From positions 4,688-68,687 of the IMG/VR virus record IMGVR_UViG_3300009117_000044: a stretch of 64,000 bases of DNA, one strand, 5' to 3'. The notes beneath the pieces are model-generated. The model saw nothing but the letters and a program-made list of their open reading frames with translations, was not told the origin of the DNA and searched no databases. This DNA comes from a virus. Of the stretch, positions 47,260 to 56,990 are shown one piece after another. Numbering within the stretch: position 1 is the stretch's first letter; every line of letters starts with the position of its first letter. The translations under genes and the position numbers were made by a program.

Positions 47260-48015
47260 ATGACTATATTATCCTATCTCGGAGGTGTATTGAATTTGCA
47301 TATTGCCATTTGTGACGACGACAAGGACGAGCTTTTGCGTATCTCGTCTATTTTAGATACATATAAACAGGAGCGAAAAGCATCTATTTCCTACGAGGCC
47401 TTTGCTAGTGCTACTGAGCTGCTTTCCACTGCCAAAGCTGGCAAGTACGACCTATACCTTTTGGATATTATAATGCCTGGGGTAAACGGTATGGAAACCG
47501 CACAGGAAATCAGAGGCTTTGACGAAGATACAAGTATTGTATTTTTGACCTCCTCCCCCGAGTTTGCAGTACAAAGCTATCGATATAAGGCGCAGGACTA
47601 TTTGCTAAAGCCTGCAAAGACAGCGAACATATTCCCCTTACTGGATATGCTTATTGCAAAGACACAAAAACCCCAAGATTTCCTTGGGGTAAAAACGAAA
47701 AACGGTATGGCCCGCATATTATTTTCTGACCTTGCTTATGTAGAGGTTGTGAACAAACGGGTGTATTTTCACCTGTCAGATGGCAGTGTGCGCGAGGCAG
47801 CAGCCTCCCTTGCAGAGTTTGAATCCATTTTGCTCTCCCGCCCCCAATTTGTGCGTGCACACCGTTCCTATATTGTCAATCTTTTGCAGATTGGAGAGTT
47901 GACAGGAAGCGAGGCCATTACCCTTTCAGGGAAAAAGGTGCCAATATCTCGACAAAATTTTGCCAAGGTGCGAGACGCCTATATCGAGCAGCTATTTTCC
48001 AAAAAGGAGAGCTAA
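47260..48015 (+). CDS. LytTR family response regulator
   Basis: IAICDDD, LLDIIMPGVNG, LLKP; FVRAHRSYIVN, VPISR. Confidence 0.95.
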   Translation: MTILSYLGGVLNLHIAICDDDKDELLRISSILDTYKQERKASISYEAFASATELLSTAKAGKYDLYLLDIIMPGVNGMETAQEIRGFDEDTSIVFLTSSPEFAVQSYRYKAQDYLLKPAKTANIFPLLDMLIAKTQKPQDFLGVKTKNGMARILFSDLAYVEVVNKRVYFHLSDGSVREAAASLAEFESILLSRPQFVRAHRSYIVNLLQIGELTGSEAITLSGKKVPISRQNFAKVRDAYIEQLFSKKES

Positions 48016-48017
48016 AG

Positions 48018-49301
48018 ATGCAATTTACCGTGATTTTGTCCTTAATCATTATTACAAATGCGCTGGTTATTATGGCAATACTTCTTGATGTTATCCCCTC
48101 TAAGCTATCCATCAAACGGCGTATCTGCTTTTTTGCAGGAATAGGGAGCATCTTGTTAATGCAGATTTTTGCATTATTTTTGGTAGGCCCAAAAACCTAT
48201 GCAAAGCTTTATTTGTTTTTTGCGCAGCTGCCCACACTCATTTTATTCTGGGCAGTGTCTAAGCAGGGCTTTATTAAGCCTGTTTTTGTCGTGTTAACAA
48301 CCATATTTCTTTCTTCACTGGGTACGACCATATCAAGAATTTTTAATCATATTTTATACTTGTCTCCAGCAATACAATTGATTACTATTTTTACTGTTGA
48401 TGTGGCAATGCTATTTATCATCTGGCGGCACATGAAGCCAAGCTTTGACTATTTTCTCAATGTCTTTGGCGCACGAGATATTTTAGGCTTTTGCGCCGTA
48501 CCACTGCTTTATAACCTTATGATTCTAGCCACAGGCGGCTATACGATAAACGAGCAAAACATGACATTTAGAACACTGATCTCTCTAAGTACATTGGCTG
48601 CCTTTTTTCTTCTAATGAATGTATTTCGCCGTGCAAAAGAAATCAATGAACTACAATATGAAAAAAACATAATGACAGTTCAGCTTATGACGGCGAAGCA
48701 AAAAATGGAAGAGCTTTATCACACAGCTGAGCAAGCAGCCATCTATCGTCACGATATGCGGCATCATTTATCTCTCATCGAAAATCTTGCTGAAAGTGGA
48801 GAGTTGGATAAAATTAAGGCCTATCTTTCCCATACAGAGCAGGAACTAAAAGCCATTACACCCATGCGTTTTTGCGAAAATGAAACAGTGAATATGATTG
48901 TTTCTTCCTTTGCTGAGAAAGCCGAAAAGGAAAATATCACCTTATCAGTAAAAGCACAGCTCCCAAAAAATCTAAATTTTCCCGATACGGAGCTTTGCGC
49001 GGTACTCTCCAACGGGCTGGAAAATGCACTTCATGCTGTAAGTGAAGTAACGGATATATCTTTAAAAAAAATATTTTTGGACTGCAGTATGGAACGAAAT
49101 TTACTGCTGATTGAAATAGAAAATGCATATATAGGAGAATTGCACATGCAAAATGGTATCCCTGCATCCAAAGATGAGGGGCATGGCTACGGTTGTCGAA
49201 GTGTGCTCTCGATTGCACAAAAGCGAAACGGCTTTTGCACCTTTAAGGCAGATGATGGGATATTTACGCTGAGAGTTGTTTTGCCCACAAAGAAGGAATA
49301 A
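48018..49301 (+). CDS. AgrC-like membrane histidine kinase (GHKL)
   Basis: Multiple TMs, RHDMRHHL H-box, NGLENALHA, GHGYG. Confidence 0.92.
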   Translation: MQFTVILSLIIITNALVIMAILLDVIPSKLSIKRRICFFAGIGSILLMQIFALFLVGPKTYAKLYLFFAQLPTLILFWAVSKQGFIKPVFVVLTTIFLSSLGTTISRIFNHILYLSPAIQLITIFTVDVAMLFIIWRHMKPSFDYFLNVFGARDILGFCAVPLLYNLMILATGGYTINEQNMTFRTLISLSTLAAFFLLMNVFRRAKEINELQYEKNIMTVQLMTAKQKMEELYHTAEQAAIYRHDMRHHLSLIENLAESGELDKIKAYLSHTEQELKAITPMRFCENETVNMIVSSFAEKAEKENITLSVKAQLPKNLNFPDTELCAVLSNGLENALHAVSEVTDISLKKIFLDCSMERNLLLIEIENAYIGELHMQNGIPASKDEGHGYGCRSVLSIAQKRNGFCTFKADDGIFTLRVVLPTKKE

Positions 49302-49467
49302 TGCGTTGGAAAATTATAATCATTAAAGAACTCCTTACTCTTAGCGTTTAATTATATCCAGGCGCAAGGAAATAACTTGTGCCTAATATAATCCCAATTC
49401 ATACCACTATGTGAGTAAAAGCTCATATCCACAAAATCTCTAGGGGTATTCCTCCTGTGCGAAATCT

Positions 49468-51033
49468 TCACTTTTCTATTTTCACGCTCACGTCGGATTT
49501 AAACTCCACTAAAAATTTCCCCTCAAATACTGTAACCTTCTCAATTAGTTGCCTAACTAGCTGTTTGTCGTATTCTTCTACTATACCAGTCTGCTCATTC
49601 AAAAATTCCGTCATTTCAGCAATTCTCTGTTTCAATCCCTCACGCTGGGCACTCTCACCTAACGCATTCTGCTTGAGTTCCCTCAGACGGTTTATCTCAA
49701 CCGCAATATCATCATACTCCACTTTTTCATTTGCCCTTTTTAGCAGTTCCCTTTGCAGTTCCTCCAGTTTGGTATCAATACCAACTATCGTAGATTCATC
49801 CTCCTGTTGTAAAACAGTTTCAATATTCTCCTGTAAAACCCTTAGCACTCTATCCCTGTTGCCCAAAACCAGATTGATGGCTTTGACAACTGCTGCTTGC
49901 AAGTCTGTTTCCAAAATTGTCGGTGCATCACACTTACTAGGGCCATGTTCCACTCTGCTTACACACCGCCAAACGATGGAGCGCTTCCCCCTATTGTTCC
50001 ACGCAATCCTACGGTAAATATCTCCGCAATTACCGCAGTACACAATCCCCGACAAAGCATATTTACTGCTATAAACCCGTTTCTTATTGCCACTGCTCAA
50101 ACTTCCGCGCCGGACCATCTCCTCCTGTACCTGCATATATAAGTCTTTGGGGATAATGGGCTCATGGCTATTTTCCACATAGTACTGGGGTACAATGCCG
50201 TTATTCTTCACTCGCTTTTTTGTAAGGAAGTCCACGGTGTAGGTTTTTTGCAAAAGAGCATCCCCAATGTACTTCTCGTTTTGCAGGATTTTCTTCAATG
50301 TTTCCGGCCTCCACTTAGGCTTATTGGCAGCCGTTAGGATACTATCTTTTTCAAGGCTCCTAGCAATCTGGGTCAGACTTGCTCCTTCCAGATATTCACG
50401 ATAGATGCGTTTTACCACTTCCGCCTCCTCTGGAACAATCACCAGGTTTTTATTTTCATCCTTGGTATAGCCAAGAAAACGATTGTGGTTAACCTGAACC
50501 TCTCCGTTTTGATAGCGGTACTGCAATCCCAGCTTTACATTCTGACTAAGTGACTGACTTTCTTGCTGTGCCAAACTTGCCATGATGGTAAGCAGCACCT
50601 CACCTTTAGAGTCCATGGTATTTATCCCTTCTTTTTCGAAGAAAACAGAGGTGTTTTTATCCTTTAGTTGACGGATGTATTTCAAACAATCCAATGTATT
50701 TCTTGCAAAGCGGCTGATGGACTTAGTGATAATCATATCGATATTGCCTTTCATGCACTCTGCAATCATGCGGTTGAATTCCTCACGCTTTTTGGTATTG
50801 GTACCACTGATGCCATCATCGGCAAATATGCCCGCCATTTCCCACTCATTATTTTTCTGTATAAACTGGGTATAATGCTCCACCTGCGCTTCATAGCTGG
50901 TAGCCTGCTCCTCACTATCCGTAGAAACACGGCAGTAGGCAGCGACCCTAAGCTTTGGTTTTTCTTCTAATTGTATCGTATTACCCACACGCTTTCGTGC
51001 GGGAATGACCGTAACATTTTTAGTTGCATTCAT
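49468..51033 (-). CDS. Large serine recombinase
   Basis: [16 protein letters not shown], Zn ribbon YCGNCG..WRC, coiled coil. Confidence 0.95.
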   Translation of the reverse strand: MNATKNVTVIPARKRVGNTIQLEEKPKLRVAAYCRVSTDSEEQATSYEAQVEHYTQFIQKNNEWEMAGIFADDGISGTNTKKREEFNRMIAECMKGNIDMIITKSISRFARNTLDCLKYIRQLKDKNTSVFFEKEGINTMDSKGEVLLTIMASLAQQESQSLSQNVKLGLQYRYQNGEVQVNHNRFLGYTKDENKNLVIVPEEAEVVKRIYREYLEGASLTQIARSLEKDSILTAANKPKWRPETLKKILQNEKYIGDALLQKTYTVDFLTKKRVKNNGIVPQYYVENSHEPIIPKDLYMQVQEEMVRRGSLSSGNKKRVYSSKYALSGIVYCGNCGDIYRRIAWNNRGKRSIVWRCVSRVEHGPSKCDAPTILETDLQAAVVKAINLVLGNRDRVLRVLQENIETVLQQEDESTIVGIDTKLEELQRELLKRANEKVEYDDIAVEINRLRELKQNALGESAQREGLKQRIAEMTEFLNEQTGIVEEYDKQLVRQLIEKVTVFEGKFLVEFKSDVSVKIEK

Positions 51034-51036
51034 GTT

Positions 51037-51450
51037 TTACACCTCGCATTCGATTAGACTATATGCATACTCTGCCTGTTGAAAGGGATTTGTATATTTC
51101 TCCTGAACCTTTGGAATGGTAAAGGTCATGGGGTTTTGAGCCTTTAAGAGCTCTCTTTTTTCATACACTCTACCCAGTGCTTTTGCTCTTTTTAGGCGTT
51201 CATCCTCTGCATTTTGGAAAGTTACCCTATCAATGATTGCAGGATAATACCCATCACCGAGATATTTTCTATTCCGCAGCATCCTACCGGCACTGCCATG
51301 GAATAGTTTTAGTCCTGCCTTTTCAGCCGCATCTTTAAGTCCCAACCCCGAGATATACCCCTCAAATAAACCTCTAACCTGTTCTGCCTGTTTTTCATCA
51401 ATAACTGCTATACCGTTTTCAATGTGGTATCCATAAGGTGTATGCCCCAT
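51037..51450 (-). CDS. Short recombinase-domain-only protein
   Basis: TPYGY, MLRNRKYLG..YYPAII; no catalytic domain. Confidence 0.85.
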   Translation of the reverse strand: MGHTPYGYHIENGIAVIDEKQAEQVRGLFEGYISGLGLKDAAEKAGLKLFHGSAGRMLRNRKYLGDGYYPAIIDRVTFQNAEDERLKRAKALGRVYEKRELLKAQNPMTFTIPKVQEKYTNPFQQAEYAYSLIECEV

Positions 51451-53013
51451 TTAATCCACCAGCCTTTCCCTTAGTTGCAATCCACATTTCAATTCAAATA
51501 TGATATCTGTACTTGATAAAACCGTAATTTTCTCCACGTAAGTAAGAAAATCTTCATCATCAAACTGTGTCAGCATTTCACCTTTGGCGGTAAACCTTAT
51601 CAACTTCTGCAATTCTTCTGCCTTGGTTCTATCTCCACCCATGGAAAGCATCAGATTATCTTTTTCCTTTCGGAGCATCTCTGCCTCCATGGTTAATTTG
51701 TTATTCTCCTTATTAAAAAGAACAGGCTCAAGGTATTTACTTGCCATAAGGCTGGTTAATACTTGACGCTGTTCTGTATTTTTCCCAATTCGTGATTCAA
51801 TCTCCTGTATTTCAAAAAATTTATCTTTATCATTCATACTTTGTAAACTTTTCATTAAAGGCTTTAATATAATCTGGTGCCCAAAAAACAACTTATTCAT
51901 CATGGTTACAAATGCTTTTTTCACCATTTCGTCAGTGATGTATTCCATGGAACATTCCTTTATATTTTTAATGTGGTTGGAACAACACCAAACAACGTAT
52001 GTACCCTTGGTCTGATACCGCATTCTGCGTTTAAAACTACTGCCGCATTCTGCACATTTTATCATACCGGAAAAGGCATATCGATTTTGATATTTGGCAC
52101 TGCATTTTTCAATTCCTTTTTCTTTGCTGCGCTGTTCTAGCACTGCATTGGCTTTTTCAAAATCCTCATGTATGATGATAGGCTCATGATGCTCTTTTAC
52201 AAGATACATATCCTGCTCTCCATAATTAACATGGCGGTTAAAACTACCATCCGTATACGTTTTTTGGAAAAGCGCATCTCCTGTATATTTCTCGTTGCCA
52301 ATTAATCTAGCCACTGTTTCAGCATACCACTTACCTCCTTTCTTGGTGGGAACGCCTCTTTTATTCAAAGCGGCTGCAATGGTATATGTACCTTTCCCCA
52401 CCAAAGCCTCTGCGAATATCTCTTTGACGATTTCAGCCTGCTCTGGTATGATGACCATTTCTCCATCCACGTTGGTGTAGCCATAAGGTGGATAAGAAAT
52501 CACATAAGTTCCATTTTGAAAGCGTTTCTTAATGCTCCATTTTTCATTCTCTGAGATGGATATTGATTCACTTTCCGCAAGGCTACCTAATATAGAAAGC
52601 ATGAGCTCACTTTCCATGGAACCAGTATCAAGGTTTTCCTTCTCAAAATATATGGAAATCCCCAACCCTAGGAGTTTTCTAACCAGTTCCAAACAGTCTG
52701 TGACGTTTCTGGCAAAGCGGCTGATGGACTTTGTAATGATAAAGTCTATTTTTCCTTGCTCACAATCTGTAATCATAGAAAGCAGGCCCTCACGCTTTTC
52801 TTTCTTCGTGCCAGAAATGCCTGCATCATAATAAATTCCTGCAAACTCCCATTCTAGATTTCCTTTGATGTAGTTTTCGTAATGTTCCTTTTGTGCCTCT
52901 AGACTTTCAAGTTGGTCAACCTTTGCCGTAGATACACGGCAGTAGGCTGCCACACGCAGTTTTTTGGTTTGCATCATTTCCATATTGCCATGAAGTTTTG
53001 TTATCCGTTTCAT
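51451..53013 (-). CDS. Large serine recombinase
   Basis: [24 protein letters not shown]; start MKRITKL at 53013. Confidence 0.95.
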   Translation of the reverse strand: MKRITKLHGNMEMMQTKKLRVAAYCRVSTAKVDQLESLEAQKEHYENYIKGNLEWEFAGIYYDAGISGTKKEKREGLLSMITDCEQGKIDFIITKSISRFARNVTDCLELVRKLLGLGISIYFEKENLDTGSMESELMLSILGSLAESESISISENEKWSIKKRFQNGTYVISYPPYGYTNVDGEMVIIPEQAEIVKEIFAEALVGKGTYTIAAALNKRGVPTKKGGKWYAETVARLIGNEKYTGDALFQKTYTDGSFNRHVNYGEQDMYLVKEHHEPIIIHEDFEKANAVLEQRSKEKGIEKCSAKYQNRYAFSGMIKCAECGSSFKRRMRYQTKGTYVVWCCSNHIKNIKECSMEYITDEMVKKAFVTMMNKLFFGHQIILKPLMKSLQSMNDKDKFFEIQEIESRIGKNTEQRQVLTSLMASKYLEPVLFNKENNKLTMEAEMLRKEKDNLMLSMGGDRTKAEELQKLIRFTAKGEMLTQFDDEDFLTYVEKITVLSSTDIIFELKCGLQLRERLVD

Positions 53014-53073
53014 CCTCTCATCCTCCTTTCTGTTGGTCACATATTACCTCTGAAGTGCGACTTTATCAAGGTT

Positions 53074-53307
53074 TCAGGCCATTAGTTTCGCCAAGGAAGG
53101 AGAGAATGTTTTTCTATTTATCACCGTGATTTTGTGGAATTCATCCTGTGTAATTAGGCCATTTTCAAGCATAGATTTCAGAAGCTTTTGAGCAAGGATG
53201 TAATCATATTCCCGTTGCAGCTGCTCCTGTGACAGCTTTTTTGCTTCACTCTTGGTATTGATGCCCTCTACTATTTTTGTTGTTTTCTTATTTTCATTCT
53301 GATTCAT
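53074..53307 (-). CDS. SHOCT-like small protein upstream of recombinases
   Basis: QLQREYDY..A..LLKSMLENGLITQDEF.KI..NRKTFSP. Confidence 0.8.
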   Translation of the reverse strand: MNQNENKKTTKIVEGINTKSEAKKLSQEQLQREYDYILAQKLLKSMLENGLITQDEFHKITVINRKTFSPSLAKLMA

Positions 53308-53428
53308 ATCCTATGCCCGCCTACCTTTCTACCTGTAGCCTTGATATTCATCTTAAAAAATTGACACCGCTATGTTTTTCTATCCCCAAATCGCAGTCAA
53401 AAAAATTCATGTATTGTAAACCCCTGAC

Positions 53429-53467
53429 AAAAAAAATGCCTATGGAACTTTAACCTCCACAGGCATT
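53429..53467 (-). terminator. Intrinsic terminator after amidase
   Basis: AATGCCTGTGGAG/TTCCATAGGCATT stem then T run. Confidence 0.7.
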
Positions 53468-53498
53468 GCTTTATATTCTATCTTTGAATCGTTGCTTC

Positions 53499-54182
53499 TT
53501 ATTTCTTTTTTAATACCGGAATACTCCCCTTACTTGTAATGTCGTAACCTACGGCCTCTGCAATATCTCTAATCTTCACATAATTCGTGCCATCCTTAAG
53601 AATACGATTTACTTCGTAGGTCTTTCCATCAATCATGATCTTTGCCTGTTCCACCATCTCAATATCTACCAGCCTTTCCTTCCACTTTTTCCATGCTGCT
53701 TTATTTTCTACAAAGGGTTTGGGACAAATCTTTCCTACTACATCAAAATGTCTTATGACGTTTACTATAGGAACATTGTATTTCTTCATTAACATTTGGC
53801 ACAACTTTGTTGCATTCATCAGCGTTGCCTCCGTAAAGTCAGATACACCATTTTTCTTGGTATCGCATAGCTCTATGGAAATACTGTTACTATTGGTACA
53901 TTTGCCGTACCATTGCCCGCCGCCAGTTTTAGCGCTGGAGGGATATTTATTCCCACCAACACTCCATGCAATACAGTGATCCGGCACACTCTGGATGATT
54001 TCTGTATCGTCAACAAAGTAGTGTGCAGAGGCATTTACAAGACGTTCTTTGAAATACTTTCCATTAGAAGCAGCCCGATCGCCATCGTTTCCTGTGTAGT
54101 GAATGACGATATATCGAATCGCTGAAGTATTTCTTTTACCTCCGTAATTATTCTGATTGGCGAGTAACTTCTTAATCTCCAT
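53499..54182 (-). CDS. Endolysin, amidase_2 type
   Basis: YIVIHYT, ASAHYFVD, NSISIELC, VIRHFDV.GK.CP; start MEIKKLL at 54182. Confidence 0.92.
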   Translation of the reverse strand: MEIKKLLANQNNYGGKRNTSAIRYIVIHYTGNDGDRAASNGKYFKERLVNASAHYFVDDTEIIQSVPDHCIAWSVGGNKYPSSAKTGGGQWYGKCTNSNSISIELCDTKKNGVSDFTEATLMNATKLCQMLMKKYNVPIVNVIRHFDVVGKICPKPFVENKAAWKKWKERLVDIEMVEQAKIMIDGKTYEVNRILKDGTNYVKIRDIAEAVGYDITSKGSIPVLKKK

Positions 54183-54381
54183 TACCCTCGACCTCCTCTT
54201 GTCCTTTTTGATACTGGGTACCAAAATAAAATGCCACTACTACAGAGAAGATGGTGAGAAACTGTTCTCCTGAAATTCTCCCTACAATGGATAAATAAGA
54301 AAATACCATTGTTAGCAGAACGGTAACAATGCTTTTTACTGTCAATAGGTTTTGAATTGTAACTTTTGTGTTTTCATTCAT
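54172..54381 (-). CDS. Small two-TM holin-like protein
   Basis: LLTVKSIVT..; F.TI...VVAFYFGTQ; adjacent to lysin. Confidence 0.7.
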   Translation of the reverse strand: MNENTKVTIQNLLTVKSIVTVLLTMVFSYLSIVGRISGEQFLTIFSVVVAFYFGTQYQKGQEEVEGNGD

Positions 54382-54650
54382 TCTGTTTTCCCCTTTCTTC
54401 TATTACTCCGTTGTTCCTGTCTTTTATCCTGTGCATCAGACCATCTCTTGAAAATGGTCATAACACCACAAATACCAAGTTCCGTACCAAATATCCTCAA
54501 AGCGCTATCTACTATGGCTGAACTATCCACGCCATTTTGTGCCTGCACCATCCCCCAGACGACAATCAAAACACAGAAAATCAAAGAGGATACCACAATC
54601 GTTGTCATGGTATCCCCGTTTATCTTCCATTTTTTCTTCATACTATTCAC
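54378..54650 (-). CDS. Small membrane protein in lysis cassette
   Basis: Two hydrophobic segments, basic C-terminus; coupled. Confidence 0.6.
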   Translation of the reverse strand: MNSMKKKWKINGDTMTTIVVSSLIFCVLIVVWGMVQAQNGVDSSAIVDSALRIFGTELGICGVMTIFKRWSDAQDKRQEQRSNRRKGKTE

Positions 54651-54933
54651 CCTCCCAGTTATGGGCGGATTGGTTCAGATGTTTCCCCAGCTTTTTATGG
54701 GCCTCCGTTACGCCCCCATTTGCCCCTAGCTGTTTCAAACCGTCCAGTGTCGCAAGTAGTGCGAAACAAATGATGCACTGCTCTTTTTTGATATTTTGAA
54801 TTTCTATGTCTTGCACTTTTTGCCGTTCCATCCAACGAAATGCCCGATACAAGATTACACCTAAAGTACCCAATGCTCCTGCCAGTGCAGCCATTTTGAT
54901 AATCGTATCCCCATTCACGTACATTTTCTTCAC
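54643..54933 (-). CDS. Small membrane protein in lysis cassette
   Basis: N-terminal TM, ALLATLDGLKQLGANGGV motif; coupled. Confidence 0.65.
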   Translation of the reverse strand: MKKMYVNGDTIIKMAALAGALGTLGVILYRAFRWMERQKVQDIEIQNIKKEQCIICFALLATLDGLKQLGANGGVTEAHKKLGKHLNQSAHNWEGE

Positions 54934-54963
54934 CTTCTCCCGTTTCTTCCTTTAAAATAATAG

Positions 54964-55035
54964 CTGTTTCCTCCTATTATATAGAGTCTGTTTCTTCCTA
55001 TTATATAGAGTCTGTTTCTTCCTTTATAATATAGT
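54964..55035. repeat. Three tandem 24-bp repeats
   Basis: CTGTTTC(C/T)TCCT(A/T)T.... units starting 54964, 54988, 55012. Confidence 0.85.
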
Positions 55036-55144
55036 CCTTTTCCGCCACTGTAATTTTCCCATCCGAAACCATCTCATCTAACCGAGCCTTATTAATCTTC
55101 CCATAAAAAAAGAGCCGTTTTAGGCTCTCAACCAATATTCTCAT
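55001..55144 (-). CDS. XkdX-like 47-aa protein, absent from ORF track
   Basis: MRILVESLKRLFFYGKINKARLDEMVSDGKITVAEKDYIIKEETDSI; ATGA overlap with upstream stop. Confidence 0.7.
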   Translation of the reverse strand: MRILVESLKRLFFYGKINKARLDEMVSDGKITVAEKDYIIKEETDSI

Positions 55145-55479
55145 AATATACCTTCTTCCATCAGTTCCATGGTATAAGTATCAATGGCTTCATTTACAAG
55201 CTCACCTTGGGTTTTGTTGACTGCTGCTTCAATACGATCCAACTGTGTGGGTTCAGGTATAGGTTTTGGTTCTTGAATATATTCATGGAATTCTCCAGTG
55301 TCTGGCTCATAAACCCACCCTAGAACTACATCATCCCCACAAATTACGGCCTTGATGGGGTTACCCATAGGGTCTGGCGGCCAATATGGCTCTGTATCCT
55401 GTTCATGGAGGATACCAATAACTCTGTTCTGTAAAATCATTGCGTAATTCATTCTAACAAACCTCCCCTTACCACTCAA
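55141..55479 (-). CDS. Tail fibre-associated hypothetical protein
   Basis: Between Gly-rich gene and XkdX-like gene; PTQLDRIEA..AIDTYTMELMEEGIL. Confidence 0.7.
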   Translation of the reverse strand: MSGKGRFVRMNYAMILQNRVIGILHEQDTEPYWPPDPMGNPIKAVICGDDVVLGWVYEPDTGEFHEYIQEPKPIPEPTQLDRIEAAVNKTQGELVNEAIDTYTMELMEEGIL

Positions 55480-56212
55480 TCATAACAATACCATTTCCAC
55501 CGGCGGAAGCTGAATTACTATCACTATGTGAGCCTCCACCGCCACCGCCATTTCCGGGTAACAGCTGTGAGGCACCACTGCCTCCCATGCCTAGTGAACC
55601 TCCACCACCGCCTCCATCATTCATTAAAATACCACCGCTAGATATGCCATCCGTTCCATTTGATCCATCAACAGATGTGCCATTAGATGTTCTTGGACCA
55701 GTACCCTCTCCACCATGACCGCCCCCTGTTCCTCCGGAAAGGCCTCCTCTATAAAATGCGCCACCAGTACCGCCAGGTAGTGTAATTAGATTGCCTATTA
55801 CAGTGGAAGCACCAGTAGCCCCTGCAGTTGTGGTAAAATTGGGGTCGGAAGATTCTCCACTTCGACCTGGAGCTCCTCCATTTCCAACGGTGATACTAAT
55901 TACTTGTCCAGGATTGACGGCAAATGCCCTTTTTTCAATGCTTGCACCACCGCCACCTCCGCCTCCACCAGTGCCCCAGTTAAAACGTGTGTTTGCGCCA
56001 CCGCCACCGCCTCCGCCAGCACAGGCTGTGACTAAAATTTTCTTAACGTTTGCCGGAACAGTGAATGTTCCATTGGCGGTAAAAACTTTTACGCCACCCC
56101 AAAGACATTTTACATTATCGTCCACCTCTGAAAGAATCCTGTCCAAGGGCTTAAACCCCGTTGTCCCCAGAGTGCTATTTAACGCATATTTAATACCCGG
56201 CCAAAGGCCCAT
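55469..56212 (-). CDS. Glycine-rich tail fibre/RBP-like protein
   Basis: VFTANGTFTVP..KKILVTACAGGGGG, VNPGQVISITVG.GG, GGNGIVMIEW. Confidence 0.8.
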   Translation of the reverse strand: MGLWPGIKYALNSTLGTTGFKPLDRILSEVDDNVKCLWGGVKVFTANGTFTVPANVKKILVTACAGGGGGGGANTRFNWGTGGGGGGGGASIEKRAFAVNPGQVISITVGNGGAPGRSGESSDPNFTTTAGATGASTVIGNLITLPGGTGGAFYRGGLSGGTGGGHGGEGTGPRTSNGTSVDGSNGTDGISSGGILMNDGGGGGGSLGMGGSGASQLLPGNGGGGGGSHSDSNSASAGGNGIVMIEW

Positions 56213-56583
56213 TACACAAACACCTCCCGAATGCTGCCATCCTCCTGAAAGATTGTCTTTTTTGCGATTATTACGCCTTCTGTGTTGGTAAAGGTTTCTG
56301 TAATGGAACCATCCGCATTGAAGGTTGTAACCAAGGGTTCCCCTGTACCATTTAACTCTGTAATGCTGCCATCTTCATTGAATATGGTATTTTTTTCCTG
56401 AAATCCCTGTAATACCATAAAAACTTCACGATTTAAAAAAGTTCCCTCTCTGGTGGGGTTATCGGCTCTTTCAATGGTAGCATATTTTATGCCACCGCCT
56501 TCCTCTGTGATTTTGTATCTATTTGGTTTTTCTGCCAATCTATCTTGAAAATCCCTCAATATAAACCTCCTCCTTCTCCACAA
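56212..56583 (-). CDS. Tail hypothetical protein
   Basis: Coupled; three F..DGSI.E repeats. Confidence 0.65.
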   Translation of the reverse strand: MWRRRRFILRDFQDRLAEKPNRYKITEEGGGIKYATIERADNPTREGTFLNREVFMVLQGFQEKNTIFNEDGSITELNGTGEPLVTTFNADGSITETFTNTEGVIIAKKTIFQEDGSIREVFV

Positions 56584-56990
56584 TGTGTACTACCACAGTG
56601 TTTTTTTGTTTTTCGCATCTGCTGAATACTTTTTTCAATCTCAACAAAGACCTTTTCTATGTTGTTCGCAGCAACATAATCCAAACCATCCATAGTGTGG
56701 GGCAAGGGAATACCTAAATCAAAAAAAGAGTCCCGACATTTATGCACTTGTGAAAGGTAATATTCCATTTCCTCCGCCAGTGGAATTTCACCCTCTGAAT
56801 AATCCGTGCGAAAAGTACCGACGATGGGATACCCTACATCAATACCAATGATTCGCAGTTCTTCCGCCGCAGTACCCACACGGTTTAGATCACTGGCGTT
56901 ATAGGTACCTTTTTCATTTTGGCTAAGGACATCTCCCAGTGTTCTATCTGTTATTAGCTCTGTTGTCATAACTGTCGTCGTTTCTGCCAT
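56556..56990 (-). CDS. Tail hypothetical protein
   Basis: KGTYNASDLNRV, ANNIEKV motifs; coupled. Confidence 0.7.
   Translation of the reverse strand: MAETTTVMTTELITDRTLGDVLSQNEKGTYNASDLNRVGTAAEELRIIGIDVGYPIVGTFRTDYSEGEIPLAEEMEYYLSQVHKCRDSFFDLGIPLPHTMDGLDYVAANNIEKVFVEIEKSIQQMRKTKKHCGSTHCGEGGGLY

Noticed and set aside
54964-55035. Possible mini CRISPR array
   Set aside because: Units are contiguous with no spacers and there are no cas genes
55791-56291. Proline-rich plus-strand ORF
   Set aside because: Antisense shadow of Gly codons in the tail fibre gene
55141-56583. Diversity-generating retroelement at the tail fibre
   Set aside because: No reverse transcriptase and no TR/VR-like duplicated segment seen in the window
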